From contig NW_021835973.1 in the NCBI RefSeq assembly GCF_006345805.1, positions 1 through 64,000 of the forward strand: DNA of 64,000 nt, in the 5' to 3' direction. Below are positions 12,975 through 26,900 of this stretch, in pieces (position 1 is the first letter of the stretch; each line of letters opens with the position of its first letter). The position numbers were made by a program, and so were the translations under genes. The notes under the pieces are model-generated. The model ran no database searches, had not been told where the DNA came from, and saw only the letters and a list, made by a program, of their open reading frames with translations. This DNA comes from Octopus sinensis. Lineage: Eukaryota.

Positions 12975-14199
12975 TAAATGATATATTTGTCATTGCTCGC
13001 TGCTGTATTCGAGAGACACGTAAAAAAAAAAAAAAAAACAGTATGAATCTATTGTAAGGGAGAAAACTCTGTATAGCTTGTTAGATAAGGGAGAGCACTC
13101 TCCAAATATTCTCGGTGCACATTTTGTATGAGTTTATTAAAAAGACATTATGATCGAGAACGTTCCAACGGTGACCTTCCTGTCCTTTTCTTCAGATATA
13201 TTATATCTAAAACCACATCATTCAATATCTCCTGATTTTTCTAAGATGGTAACGTGTGAAATGATGAAGATTTAGCAATTATTTTCAGCAAATTAAGAAT
13301 GCCCAAATGGTTCGCTCTAACGACCGGGTTTCTATTCCAGTCATGGGCAAACTGCGGCCCGCGGGATTTTCTGAAAAGCACACCTAAATTAAAATTACTT
13401 CGAATTTTTCTTTGTCGCGCGCCCGCTTGGCGATGTGTCGTGTTTTATGCAACTCGCTTCTTGATAAAGTTTACCAGTGCCAGTTATATGCAGTCACTCG
13501 ATTCGCTAGAAGTAGCAGACAAACCTTCTTCGAATCACATACTGCTGTCTTGAAGGCAGTTGTTTATAGGGATAAATTATTTAAAAACATCGTTACACGT
13601 GACAAAGAAACGAGAAACGTATCAAGTGGTCGTAGGATGTGCTATAATCTCCCTCAAATCATACACCTTTTCGTTTGAAATTATTTAAAATTATTGGGAA
13701 GAAAAAGAATTTTTTAAATCACTATGGCTTTTAAATTACGTTGCATTTTATTATTTTTTTTTGTTTGAAAATAAATGAAAATCGGTCCGGAAGGAAGCGG
13801 GGACTCATAATTAAAATTTTTTTTTTAATAAAAAGCCTTCCACTTTTGCAAGGATCGCCCTGCTGGCCAATAGCAATGTTATAGGCGAGCTGGCAGAAAC
13901 GTTAGCACACCGGGAGAAATGCTTAGCGGTATTTCGTCTGTCGTTATGTTGTGGGTTCAAATTCCGCCAAGGTCGAACTTTGCCTTTCATCCTTTCCGGG
14001 TCGATAAATTAAGTACCAGTTACGCAGTGGGGTCGATGTAATCGACTTAATACCTATGTCTGTCCTTGTTTGTCCCCTCTATGTTTAGCCCCTTGTGAGT
14101 AATAAAGAAATAGGTATAAAATATCACAACCAGAAATACAAATTTAACATTCTTGACCAAAACATAAGATTAAGATCCTTTAACTGATGCAAACAGCTG

Positions 14200-14470
14200 T
14201 TGGGGTGCCACCCTGAATACTTTTATAGTCAACTATCACCATTGGTCTCAGTTCTCTTTGTCCAGTCTTTGATGTTGTCAAACCAGGATTTTTTTCCTGT
14301 CTGCCTCTTTTTCGCCCTTCCTCAATTGTGTCCTGAAGAAAAGTTGTGGAAGGCTACATGACCGTACCAGAAAAGCTTCCATCTTTTTACCTGTGCAAGT
14401 AGTAGTTCCAATCTGCCAGCACATTTGTTTTGCCTGACAAAGCTGTCCATCTTGTGCTCTGTGTACAACA
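14200..14470 (-). mobile_element. Degenerate RTE-clade LINE 3' coding fragment
   Basis: Frameshifted ...VKRWKLFWYGHV...TIEEGRKRGRQ..SWFDNIKDWT. Confidence 0.75.
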
Positions 14471-14989
14471 CGCTTTATGATAAATTCATGGTTTCATATT
14501 TTATTCTCATACTCTGTCACAAAATTCTATTTACATGCACAGGATCATCAAATATTTTCCCTTACAAAACCACTTTAAAATAACTTTCAATAAATGCATA
14601 ATGAAACATACTAAATTTTTTTTCTTCTTTGAAATATCCTTATAAAACAGGAATGTGTCTTTCATGCTGGCAAATATGGTGAGTTCAGAACAACCTTGTA
14701 ATTTAACATTAAGAATAAATTTATGAAATGTATACTGTTTATACATTTGCTGATGTCATATAAAGTGCACAAAGAGGGCCACATATTGAGCACCTGTGTT
14801 GGTACCATGTAGAAAGCACCCATGCTGATGCTACCTAAAAATGCACCCAGTACATTTTGTAAAGTGGTTGGCGTTAGTAGGGGCATTCAACTGTGAACCA
14901 TACCAGAACACACAAATAAAGCTCAATGCAGCTCTCCAGCTGACCAGCTTCAATCAAACCATCCAACCCATTCCAGTATGAAAACAGAC

Positions 14990-15384
14990 ATTAAATGATG
15001 TGCCGGTGGCACATAAAAAGCAGCATCCGAATGTGGCCGATGCCAGCACCGCCTCGACTGGCTTCTGTGCCGGTGGCACATAAAAAGCACCATCCGAACA
15101 TGGCCCATGCCAGCGCCGCCTTGGCTGGCTTCCATGCCGGTGGCACGTTAAAAGCACCAACCGATTGTGACCCATGCCGGACTCCCCTGGCACCTGTGCA
15201 GGTGGCACGTAAAAAGCACCCACTACACTCGTGGAGTGGTTGGCGTTAAGAAGGGCATCCAGCTGTAGAAACACTGCCAGATCAGACTGGAGCCTGGTGC
15301 AGCCCCTGGCTTCCCAGACCCCAGTCGAACCATCCAACCCATGCTAGCATGGAAAACGGACGTCAAACGATGATGATGATGATG
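14990..15384 (+). mobile_element. Retroposon family D with (GAT)n tail and internal ~65-bp tandem repeats (copies about 27660-28030-, 28800-29190+, 38660-38990, 47690-48035+, 48185-48496+)
   Basis: Core gagtggttggcgttaggaagggcatccagctgtagaaa; 3' end ccatgctagcatggaaa.cggacgttaaacgatgatgatg. Confidence 0.8.
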
Positions 15385-16127
15385 TTTATTCTTTTTCTTT
15401 TCTCTTTTGCAATTTATCCTCCAATGGCAAAATCCTCATCTCAATAGGTGTTGTTGGTTCAAAGTTTATCTCTGCTGCCCTGTTTCCTCGTCTGTTAGCA
15501 TATTGCTCTACTTGTAGCTTAAATGTGATTATTACAGGTCACCTCAATACACCTGCCACAGGTAAGGAAGATAATTTGCAGGACCGAAAATGACTTGTGA
15601 CACCAGGGAAGACCTCGTATGAAATGGACACATAGACTCTTCACTCTTTTACTTGTTTCTGTCATTTGAAACCGACCCCAGGACTTATTCTTTGTAAGCC
15701 CAGTACTTATTCTATCGGTCTCTTTCGCCAAACCGACTCTCAAGCGTAAAGAAGCAAAAAATTCCTGTTCATTGAGACAGGAAAGCAACCTTTAGCAATT
15801 TCTCAATAGATGGCGCTATCAAGCTAATGCCATTAGTAAACAAACAGCACAGCAGCAACACACAACAGAATGGAAAGGTATACATAAAATGGAGATTACA
15901 GTATGTATCTGTATGTACATCACACACACACACAAGTATAAGCAAAAGGAAAGAGATATCTTGTACATATTGAAAATATGAGACAAAATACTTTAAAGAT
16001 TTGAATTTTAATGGATAAAAGATATCCATGTTATGTATCATCAATATATACTCATGGGCATACATGCGTGTGTGTATATATAATATACATATATATATAG
16101 ATGTATATATTTAATGCACACACACAT

Positions 16128-16166
<39 letters not shown>

Positions 16167-16254
16167 GATGTATATATAAATGCATATGTATGTATATATA
16201 TATATACATACACATACGATACAGAATTCCACATATGTCAAACAGGTGTTTGAG

Positions 16255-16295
<41 letters not shown>

Positions 16296-16755
16296 CAGAC
16301 ACACACAATCAAATGCACACACTTATATACCTACACATAGACAAATTTTCATAGAAACGTACAAAAAGACAATTTTCTTAAAAAAATCACCATTCTTTTA
16401 AAAACCAAAAGAATACAGAAGAGTGGAGCGGGGGAGGGAAAGTGTAATTGTTGGAAGAAGAATAAATTAGAGAAAAATCAAAGAAAGTTCATCCAACAGA
16501 AGTTTTTTTTTGTTTTTTTTTTTTACCAGTTTTTGTTGCTGTTATTTAAAATCAAGATTTCGGTTCAGAAATCCACGTCATAGGTATGTGTACATGCAGC
16601 GGCCTACAGTTGTTTCTCAGTCTGTGTGTGTGTTTATGCGTATGGCCCGTCCGCGTTTTCTTTGTATCGTCTGACTGGATGTTTTGTTGTCCCCTTTTTG
16701 TGTCACCTGACTGTCTGGATGTTTCGCGTTCTTGTCCCATTTTTGTATTTTATTT

Positions 16756-16824
<69 letters not shown>

Positions 16825-17017
16825 TAGGTAGATATGAGGGATGTCCACATAGTGGTCATCCCTCTTATATGTATGTAATATAATTTTTCTGAATCATCAG
16901 ATTGTTCTATATGCTAGACCACTGTTTTTAAATTGATATTAATCAAACTAATATTCAATTTTTAACCCTTATTATTTTAGATAGATAGATAGGGTCTCTC
17001 ATATATATATATATATG

Positions 17018-17058
<41 letters not shown>

Positions 17059-17089
17059 AAATAGATATGTGTGTGTATATATATATGTA

Positions 17090-17129
<40 letters not shown>

Positions 17130-17865
17130 TATATGTGTATGTATGTATGTATGTATATATATTTCATATATAAATATAGACAGAAAGAAAGAGAGACACT
17201 TTTATATATATAATCCAATATTTTGTATCACATTATATGTATATGAAGTGTATGGTCTTTAAATATACAGAAAATAATATTTTTCTCTGTGTATATATAT
17301 GTGTGTGTGTGTGTGTGTGTGAATGTAATATTTGTATGTATGAAGTATGAGTGCATATGTCTAATACATACAAAAAATAAAATATTACATACACACACAC
17401 ACAACACAAACACAACTTTTAGAAAAATAAAATCAAGTGTTGACGAGAGGTGAGGTGCGGAGGAGGAGGAGAAGCTGGTAAGGAGGGTGGTGGTGGTGGT
17501 AGTGGATAAGAAATAAAAGAAGTGTGTAGAGAATGAGTATGTGTGTGTGCATGTGTGTGTGTGTATGTGTCACTGGGATGAGAAATAGGTATAGGCCTTC
17601 GGGTAAGAGGAAAGGCTAGGAATATTCATCAGGTTGGTTTCGTTAGATTCCCGTTGTTCTGCTTCCTTCGAAGAACAGTGGTGTAGTAGTGGGAAAGTGG
17701 AGCCTGGTGCCTCACTAGAATCATATCAACACACAAGATGGTTCATTTTTAACTGTTGCAGTTTAGTCAATAGACGATTTGATATACATGTATATACATA
17801 TACACAGACATATGTATATGTATGTATGTAAGCACACATCCCAGCACTGCTAGATTCCTTGTCCG

Positions 17866-17922
17866 CTACCGTTTGGTGGCATATTGTTCAATATAGCTCT
17901 GTACTTTACATTTGAAGGAGTC
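17866..17922 (-). CDS. UBE2F: UBE2F last coding exon
   Basis: ctgcag|GAC TCC TTC AAA...AAA CGG TAG; [18 protein letters not shown]. Confidence 0.92.
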   Translation of the reverse strand, partial: DSFKCKVQSYIEQYATKR

Positions 17923-20900
17923 CTGCAGATAGAGAAATAAAAGAAGAATGAAACTGAGTGTTAGAGAGGAGAGAGAGAGAGAGAGAGACACAGTATCCGT
18001 CTATTCGTTTGCCCCTCTGAGTAATATAAATATGGGGTTCAAAATTGCACAAAAAAAAACCCCAAAAAAATAGACAGGTGAGGAAACAACAAACAAGGTG
18101 TATAAGAAGTTTGATGCTCAGGAGAAATGGAAGTGTTTGACATTTCGAGTCTATGCTCTTTTACAGAGAGAAATGACCACGGTGTGTTTGAGTGAACGAG
18201 TGTGTATGTGTGTGTATTGAATTTTGAATTAGAAGCATTTCTAATAATGGTTTCAAATTTTTGCAACAAGGGCAGCAATTTTTGTTGCGGAAGGAATGGG
18301 TCGATGTACCAACTGGTACTTAATTTGTCGACCCCGAAAGGATGAAAGACAAAATCAACTTTGGTGAAATTTGAACTCAGAATGTAGTGATAGGAGAAAT
18401 ACTGCTAAGCATTTCGTCCAGTGTGCTAACGACTCTGCCAGCTCGCCACCCCAGAAGCATCTCTAATAAGGGAAACATTACTAATATCCCATACTCAATG
18501 TGTTTTGTTTAAACGCTTACTGGAAATGGGATTTGTCCAGGGAGGAGTCCCTTTAAGACCTCAAGTGTTTTAAAAATACTGAATACATCAAACCACAAAC
18601 AAATTGCTCTGTAGGTGAATGAGAATGGTGGATATCAGTATTTCACTGTTATTGCAGTCCATCAGTACCGTATGATTGAGTCACCTTGAAACAAATTTGA
18701 ATTACTTGTCTGAAGTATAAATACACACAGCATAAAAGCTATGAGCTGATGGGCAGCTGAACTGCAAAATTGAAACAAAATTAAATTTTGAAAGGTTGTT
18801 CAACAAAAGAGACTAATTGAATAAGTACTAGGCTTACAAAGAATAAGGCCTGGGGTCGGTTTGCTCGACTAAAAGGCAGTGCTCCAGCATGGCCACAGTC
18901 AAATGACTGAAAGAAAAAAAAACCTAGAACTCTAGGAATAAATACCTTATCTCTGGCGTAATTTTCTGCAGCTTCCACATTTAGAGGGTCATCAAAGTTC
19001 AGAAGATCCTGAAACATAAAACATACAGTTTTAGTAATAGTTGCTGTCAATCACATTTCTAATCCATCATCATCATTTAATGTCCATCTCCCATGCTGGC
19101 ATGGTTGGAACATTTGACAGGAGCTGGTAAGTCAGAGGGCTGCCATCAAGCTCCACTGTCTGCTTTAGCATGGCTTTTATGGCTGGATGCCCTTCCTAAC
19201 ACCAGAGCATGGTCAAGAAGTCTGCTTTGAAACCATGTGGTCCTTTAGTCCTGTAGCATTTCAACCAGCCACATCTGGTCAAAATATTCTGCTTGTTTTA
19301 TGCTCAAACTGGCCCAGATCCAGCCTCTCACACCTATCCTGCAATGTCATTCTAAAAACATACAATCACTGAGATATAGAAGCTACAGAAGAACAATGTG
19401 TGATTAATTCAAAGCAACATGAATAAATGATCATTATGTTTGACACAATAATAAGAAAGCTAAAGGATTAAGCTTCAATCCCATAGCATGGCACATTGGA
19501 TGTCTTTCACCATAACCTCAAGTTGGTAATCATCATAAAAGTAAAGTAAAGTAAAGTTACCTTCTCGAATCATACCGACTCACAAGAGCCAGCTTCCTGG
19601 TTTCCATGGCGCATAAATTCCTTACCTGAACGGGACGCTGGTCTGTCACAGGGTTACTCGTTTTTGCCAGCTGAGTGGACTGGAGCAATGTGAAATGAAG
19701 TGTTTTGCTCAAGAAAAAAATGCATCACCCCGTCTAGGAATCGAAACCACAATCTTACTATCATGCGACCAACACCCTAACCACTAAGCGACATGCCTCC
19801 ACAATGCCTTGGGAGCGAAATCTGGTTAATGGAAACAGTACAAGAAGCCTGCCATGTTTGTGTATGTGTGCATACTTATAGATGTCTTGCAAACAACTTG
19901 CACATGCAAGTGCTACCAGTCAAAAGCTCCGTATACCGGAAGCTAGCAAGTGTATGGGGTCATCAGGAGAGAATGCATGCCGTTTCGGGGCCTACCTCTC
20001 GACGGCATCAATGCGCACCGGCCCCCCTCACTGATATGAGGCCCCGCTTGCTAGATCAGCTGGTTATGAAGAACTCAATATACTTCTAGCCATCGCTCAT
20101 TGTCTCTTTTTAACCAAATCCAGTGGCTAGCCTTCTCCACTGTAGATTGGATATCAGTCATGGTGGTATTGACTTTACGATGATTTAGGCCTAGCGATAA
20201 CAATAGTCGTCTCAACACTGTGTCCAACAAACCCTCTACATCCAACTTCGATAGGAAAATGTTCCGCTTTCCAGTCTGCGTCTTCACATTCCTCGAGGAG
20301 GTTTTCATAACGGTTTTACCCATGGACACCTTTGATTGCTGTTTTATTCTGGTGGACCCTCATAGCTATTCTATGTCTAAAAATCAGTCTTATAGAAATT
20401 TCTTTTCAAAATTCCTATTTTGTTTTGAACACATTCTCTTGTGTGTGTGTATGTATGTATATATATATATATATATATATACATACACACACACACACAG
20501 GCACAATGATGGTTGTGTACTTAAGAAGTTCATTTTCCAACCACCTGGTTTCAGTTCCAATCCCATTGTTTGGCAATGGACAAGTGTCCTTTACTATAAC
20601 CTAGGATAGAATAAAGCTCCTTTATTCTAGTAGTGAAGGCCAATCTCAAAACGCCGAGCCTTACAAAGGAAATGACAGAGGACCGGGATATGTGGCGCAT
20701 CGCTGTATTCAAGAAGGCCTGCCCACTACAACAGAATTGAGATCTTGAAACCAAGGTGCCATGTGAAAAGTACTGGAGTGGTGGTGCCACATGAAAAAAA
20801 ATGATGCTAGTCCCACATTAAAAGCACTAATTAATACTTACTGAAAATAAGGAATTTAGTCCCCAAATAACATCCTTCAGGCGTCTGGTAGGGGCCCAAC

Positions 20901-23900
20901 CTATGGAAGAGAAGAGTTATTATGAAAGAACCAATGGAAATGTCTTCAGCAATCATAAGTCAGATTTAAAACAGAAGTGTTGTGATACGCATATGTGTGT
21001 GTGTGTGTGTGTGTGTGTATTGAGAGGGAGAAAGAGAGAGTGGAATTACTCACCCATCATATCATATGAATTTTGACGCAATAAACTCAAGCACACCTCC
21101 CCGTCTTCGTCAATGTTTGGGTGCCATATACGAGTTTCACAGCGCACTTTGGGAGGCTGAAGAGAAAAAGAGGATAAGGTAACATGGTGGTGGTGGTGGG
21201 GGTGGTTGGTTAAGGGGCAACAGCAGTGGAGAGATTAAGGGGAGATAATAGCTGTGAGGATAAGGAAGGTGCCTTTGACATTTTCTCCCATTCAAGGTTT
21301 GTTGTTTTTTAACCTAATATTCTATAAGCAATTGTTTATACCACTTTCTGTTTAGAATTCCACAGTTAAAAATAATTTACTTCATATTTCTTGAAGTTTC
21401 TAAATTCTTATATTGTAAATCCTCATCATTATTTAACGTTCGATTTCTTTGCTGACACGAGTTGGACAGTTTGGCAGGAACTGCACTAGACTCTATTGTC
21501 CATTTTGGTACAGTTTCAATGGCTGGATGCCCTTCCTTATACCATCCACGGATTGGACAGTTTGGCAGGAACTCCACTAGGCTCCATTGTCCGTTTTGGT
21601 ACAGTTTCAATGGCTGGATGCCCTTCCTTATACCATCCACGGGTTGGACAGTTTGGCAGGAACTGCACTAGGCTCTATTGTCCATTTTGGTACAGTTTCA
21701 ATGGCTGGATGCCCTTCCTAATACCATCCACGGGTTGGACAGTTTGGCAGGAACTGCACTAGACTCTATTGTCCATTTTGGTACAGTTTCAATGGCTGGA
21801 TGCCCTTCCTTATACCATCCACGGGTTGGACAGTTGGCAGGAACTGCACTAGGCTCTGTTGTCCATTTTGGTACAGTTTCAATGGCTGGATGCCCTTCCT
21901 AATACCATCCACGGGTTGGACAGTTGGCAGGAACTGCACTAGGCTCTGTTGTCCATTTTGGTACAGTTTCAATGGCTGGATGCCCTTCCTAATACCATCC
22001 ACGGGTTGGACAGTTGGCAGGAACTGCACTAGGCTCTGTTGTCCATTTTGGTACAGTTTCAATGGCTGGATGCCCTTCCTTATACCATCCACGGGTTGGA
22101 CAGTTTGGCAGGAACTGCACTAGGCTCTGTTGTCCATTTTGGTACAGTTTCAATGGCTGGATGCCCTTCCTAATACCATCCACGGGTTGGACAGTTGGCA
22201 GGAACTGCACTAGGCTCTGTTGTCCATTTTGGTACAGTTTCAATGGCTGGATGCCCTTCCTTATACCATCCACGGGTTGGACAGTTTGGCAGGAACTGCA
22301 CTAGGCTCTGTTGTCCATTTTGGTACAGTTTCAATGGCTGGATGCCCTTCCTAATCCCATCCACGGGTTGGACAGTTGGCAGGAACTGCACTAGGCTCTG
22401 TTGTCCATTTTGGTACAGTTTCAATGGCTGGATGCCCTTCCTAATCCCATCCACGGGTTGGACAGTTTGGCAGGAACTGCACTAGGCTCTGTTGTCCATT
22501 TTGGTACAGTTTCAATGGCTGGATGCCCTTCCTAATCCCATCCACGGGTTGGACAGTTTGGCAGGAACTGCACTAGGCTCTGTTGTCCATTTTGGTACAG
22601 TTTCAATGGCTGGATGCCCTTCCTAATCCCATCCACGGGTTGGACAGTTTGGCAGGAACTGCACTAGGCTCTGTTGTCCATTTTGGTACAGTTTCAATGG
22701 CTGGATGCCCTTCCTAATCCCATCCACGGGTGGACAGTTTGGCAGGAACTGCACTAGGCTCTGTTGTCCATTTTGGTACAGTTTCAATGGCTGGATGCCC
22801 TTCCTAATCCCATCCACGGGTTGGACAGTTTGGCAGGAACTGCACTAGGCTCTGTTGTCCATTTTGGTACAGTTTCAATGGCTGGATGCCCTTCCTAATC
22901 CATCCACGGGTTGGACAGTTTGGCAGGAACTGCACTAGGCTCTGTTGTCCATTTTGGTACAGTTTCAATGGCTGGATGCCCTTCCTAATCCCATCCACGG
23001 GTTGGACAGTTTGGCAGGAACTGCACTAGGCTCTGTTGTCCATTTTGGTACAGTTTCAATGGCTGGATGCCCTTCCTAATCCCATCCACGGGTTGGACAG
23101 TTTGGCAGGAACTGCACTAGGCTCTGTTGTCCATTTTGGTACAGTTTCAATGGCTGGATGCCCTTCCTAATCCCATCCACGGGTTGGACAGTTTGGCAGG
23201 AACTGCACTAGGCTCTGTTGTCCATTTTGGTACAGTTTCAATGGCTGGATGCCCTTCCTAATCCCATCCACGGGTTGGACAGTTGGCAGGAACTGCACTA
23301 GGCTCTGTTGTCCATTTTGGTACAGTTTCAATGGCTGGATGCCCTTCCTAATCCCATCCACGGGTTGGACAGTTGGCAGGAACTGCACTAGGCTCTGTTG
23401 TCCATTTTGGTACAGTTTCAATGGCTGGATGCCCTTCCTAATCCCATCCACGGGTTGGACAGTTGGCAGGAACTGCACTAGGCTCTGTTGTCCATTTTGG
23501 TACAGTTTCAATGGCTGGATGCCCTTCCTAATACCATCCACGGGTTGGACAGTTGGCAGGAACTGCACTAGGCTCTGTTGTCCATTTTGGTACAGTTTCA
23601 ATGGCTGGATGCCGTTCCTAATCCCATCCACTTTACAGAGAGTACTGGGTGCCTTTTGTGTGTTCCAGCACCAGTGCTTGTTACATGGCAACAGCACATA
23701 TAAATATATGTACACACACTCACAAACACACATTGTACAAAAAAACACAAGCCCTGCACCATGCATAAACACAGGTGCTACACAGACCACACCTACAGAC
23801 TTCCACCCAATACCAAAACAGAAAGCCTCCGTTCATATGCACAAGGTACATTTATTTATGGACACCTTTGATTGCTATTTTATTCTGATGGACCCTCATA

Positions 23901-26900
23901 GCTATTCTATGTTTAAAAATCAGTCTTATAGAAATTTCTTTTCAAAATTCCTATTTTGTTTTCAACACATTCCCTTGCATAGGTGGAACAATGTAAAACA
24001 TGGTTCTCAATCATTTATCTATGGACCCCTTTGATTACTATTTTATTCTGACGGGCCCCCATAGCCATTCGACATTTAAAAACTAGTTTTATAGAAACTC
24101 CTTTTGAAGTTCCTCTTTTGTTTTTCATACATTAACTTCTGTAGGTTGAACTAAGTAAAATGTTTAAGAAAGAAACCCGTTTCTTGCAATACATACATCT
24201 AATGCAAAATTCTTTCAGGGGCCCTTAAAATACTATAGTGGATCCCCAATTTAATATTTTGTTACATGTGCCCCACAAAATCTTGTATGGGCTCTCAGGA
24301 GCCATACGGACTCCAGTTGAGAACCACTGGGCTAGACAATACTGCATCATAGGACAGCTAGATCAGGGTATGTCAAGCTACTCGGCTGACAGCCTGTGTA
24401 CCATATGATGGCTGGATCAGGGCTGACCTGGGGGTTAGATCAGGGTTTCTCTACCATTTTTTACCCATGGACACCTTTGATTGCTATTTTATTCTGGTGG
24501 ACCCTCATAGCTATTCTATGTTTGTGCCCCACAAAATCTGTATGGACCCCAGTTGAGAACCACTGGGCCAGACAATACTGCATCATAGGACAGCTAGATC
24601 AGGGCTGTTCTAGGAATACATAATAACTGCATGTCATAAGAAGGACGGATCAGGGTTGTCCAAGGGTTATACAACCTACCTACCACCTACACCCTCCTAT
24701 GGTATATGCCATTCCACCTTACATTTCTTTTGCAGCCACTCAAACTGAAGCTGAACATGTGCATCTCTGATCTGGATGTGTTGAGAGGGATTCTTTGAGG
24801 TTTGAATACCATGACAAAAGCAAAGTTTGAAGCCTGACACCAGGACACAGGACCCACTGATGAAACCAATAAGAAAACAGAAGTTCAATTACACTGGGTA
24901 ACATGGTTTTTGCCCTTGGGTAGTAACTGTTTTTATTCTATTTGCTTTTCCCTAGAAAGTATAAAAAATGGCTCGTATTTCTTTCAAACTTTGCCTTTGT
25001 CATGACATTTATTCAAACCTCAAAGAATCCCTCTCAACACATGGCTATGATGTTCCCCAACTACTCCGGCTTGTGATCAGAGATGCACACACTGTCAGCC
25101 ACTAAAGGATATGCTCAACTGGTTAAGATCAAGCAACTGACAAGCAAATCTGTGGTATTGAACAGAATATTTGCTGTAACGATATTTCTGCTTCAACAAG
25201 TCAGTGCTGAATGTAATGGAAAACAGGTCAGTTTCAAAACAGAGTTTGAAGGGAAGATTAGGGATTTTCTTTGATTTCTACATAGAAGCAAATAGGAAAT
25301 AACACTTATTGACCAAAGAAAAAAAATTAATTAAATTTTGTTACACAATTTGGCACCTTACTTACTGCTAACGAAGTAAAATGGTGGTAAAAGAATTAGT
25401 GAGAAAGAAAGAGAAGTTGAAAAATAAAAGAGGGGAGAGGTAGATATAGAGAAACAGTGGTGGGCAGGAGTATGGAAAGTGAAAGTAGAGAGGGAGAGAA
25501 ACAGGGGTGGACAGAGGTAGTCATGTAAAAACTCACAACTATGTTGTATTCATCTGGGACTTCAATATGGAAATGGAAAGTACCGCCATGCCAATAACCT
25601 TCATCTGGATGTATGGACAGATCAAACATGTGGAGGACATTAGAATCTTCAAATGTAATATTACAGGTTTTGGGCAGGTTTTCTTCCATCTCTGGGACTT
25701 CTGTAATAAAAACAAAGCACATGTAATATGCATCATTGTCATCATCATCATCATCATTTAACGTCCATTGTCCATGCTGGCATGGGTTGGAGGGCGTGAC
25801 CAGAGCTGGCAAGCTGGGCAGGGCTGCACCAGACTCTAGTCTGATTTGGCATAGTTTCTACGGTTGGATGCCCTTCCTAACGCCAACCACTTTACAGTGT
25901 GTGCTGGGTGCTGTTACGTGGCACTGCATGGGTGCTTTCACATGGCACCAAATGCATATGTACATGTGTGTGTGTGTGTATATACATATTAGAGGGAAAC
26001 CACCATGTGGACACCCTTATGCTAGAAATACATCCGCTATGATCTATTTCTAGCATAAGGGTGTCCACATAGTGGTTTCCCTCCAATATGTATATAATAC
26101 AATTTTACTGAACCTCAGTTTTTTTTATATGCTAGACCACTGGTGTGAAATCGATGTTAATTAAATTAATATCTAATACCTTACCCTCATTTTAAATTTC
26201 CCTCTCTCTCTTTCGGAGAGGCACTGAGCAGCTATCCGCACACATACACACACGTCAGGAACTTCCACCTACCGAATTCAAACACAAAGCTTCGGTTGTC
26301 TCGGGGCCATAGTGGAAGACACCTACCCAAAGTGCCATGCAGTGGGACTGAACCCGAAACCGTGTAGCTAGGAAGCAAGCTCCCTAACCACACAGCCATG
26401 CCCATATATATATATATATATATGTCCTTTATCTTTTATTTCAGTTATTAGACTACGGCCAGTCTGGAGCACCGCCTTGAAGAATTTGTAGTTGGACGAA
26501 TCAACCCCAGTCCTTTTTTTATTTTTATTTTTTAAGCCTGCTATTTATTCTCAACCTTTTTTGTCAAACTGCTACATTACAGGGACATAAACACACCAAC
26601 ACTGGTTGTCAAGCAGTGGTGAAGAACAAACACAAAGACATGCACACACACACACACACACATTTTATCTTTTTCTCCATCCATCGTCTTCAACATACAT
26701 CTTCTACCAACAAACTTTCAAATAAAGGCTCAAAGCTAAGAAGAAAACCTGATAACTCTCTTACTCTCTTTTACGTGTTTCAGTCATTTGACTGCGGCCA
26801 TGCTGGAGCACCGCCTTTAGCCGAGCAACTGGACCCCCGGGACTTATTCTTTGTAAGCCCAGTACTTATTCTATCGGTCTCTTTTGCCAAACCGTTAAGT

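Noticed and set aside
16836-16975. Possible hammerhead in the tatgctagaccactg family (CTGATGA in the 16.9-kb copy, GAAA-stem in the 26-kb copy)
   Set aside because: No single copy has both core boxes plus a U at position 16.1; cleavage site reads GAC rather than GUH
21377-24034. Repetitive ORFs up to 261 aa; array could be mistaken for CRISPR
   Set aside because: Units are near-identical with no unique spacers, derive from a SINE and lie inside a UBE2F intron
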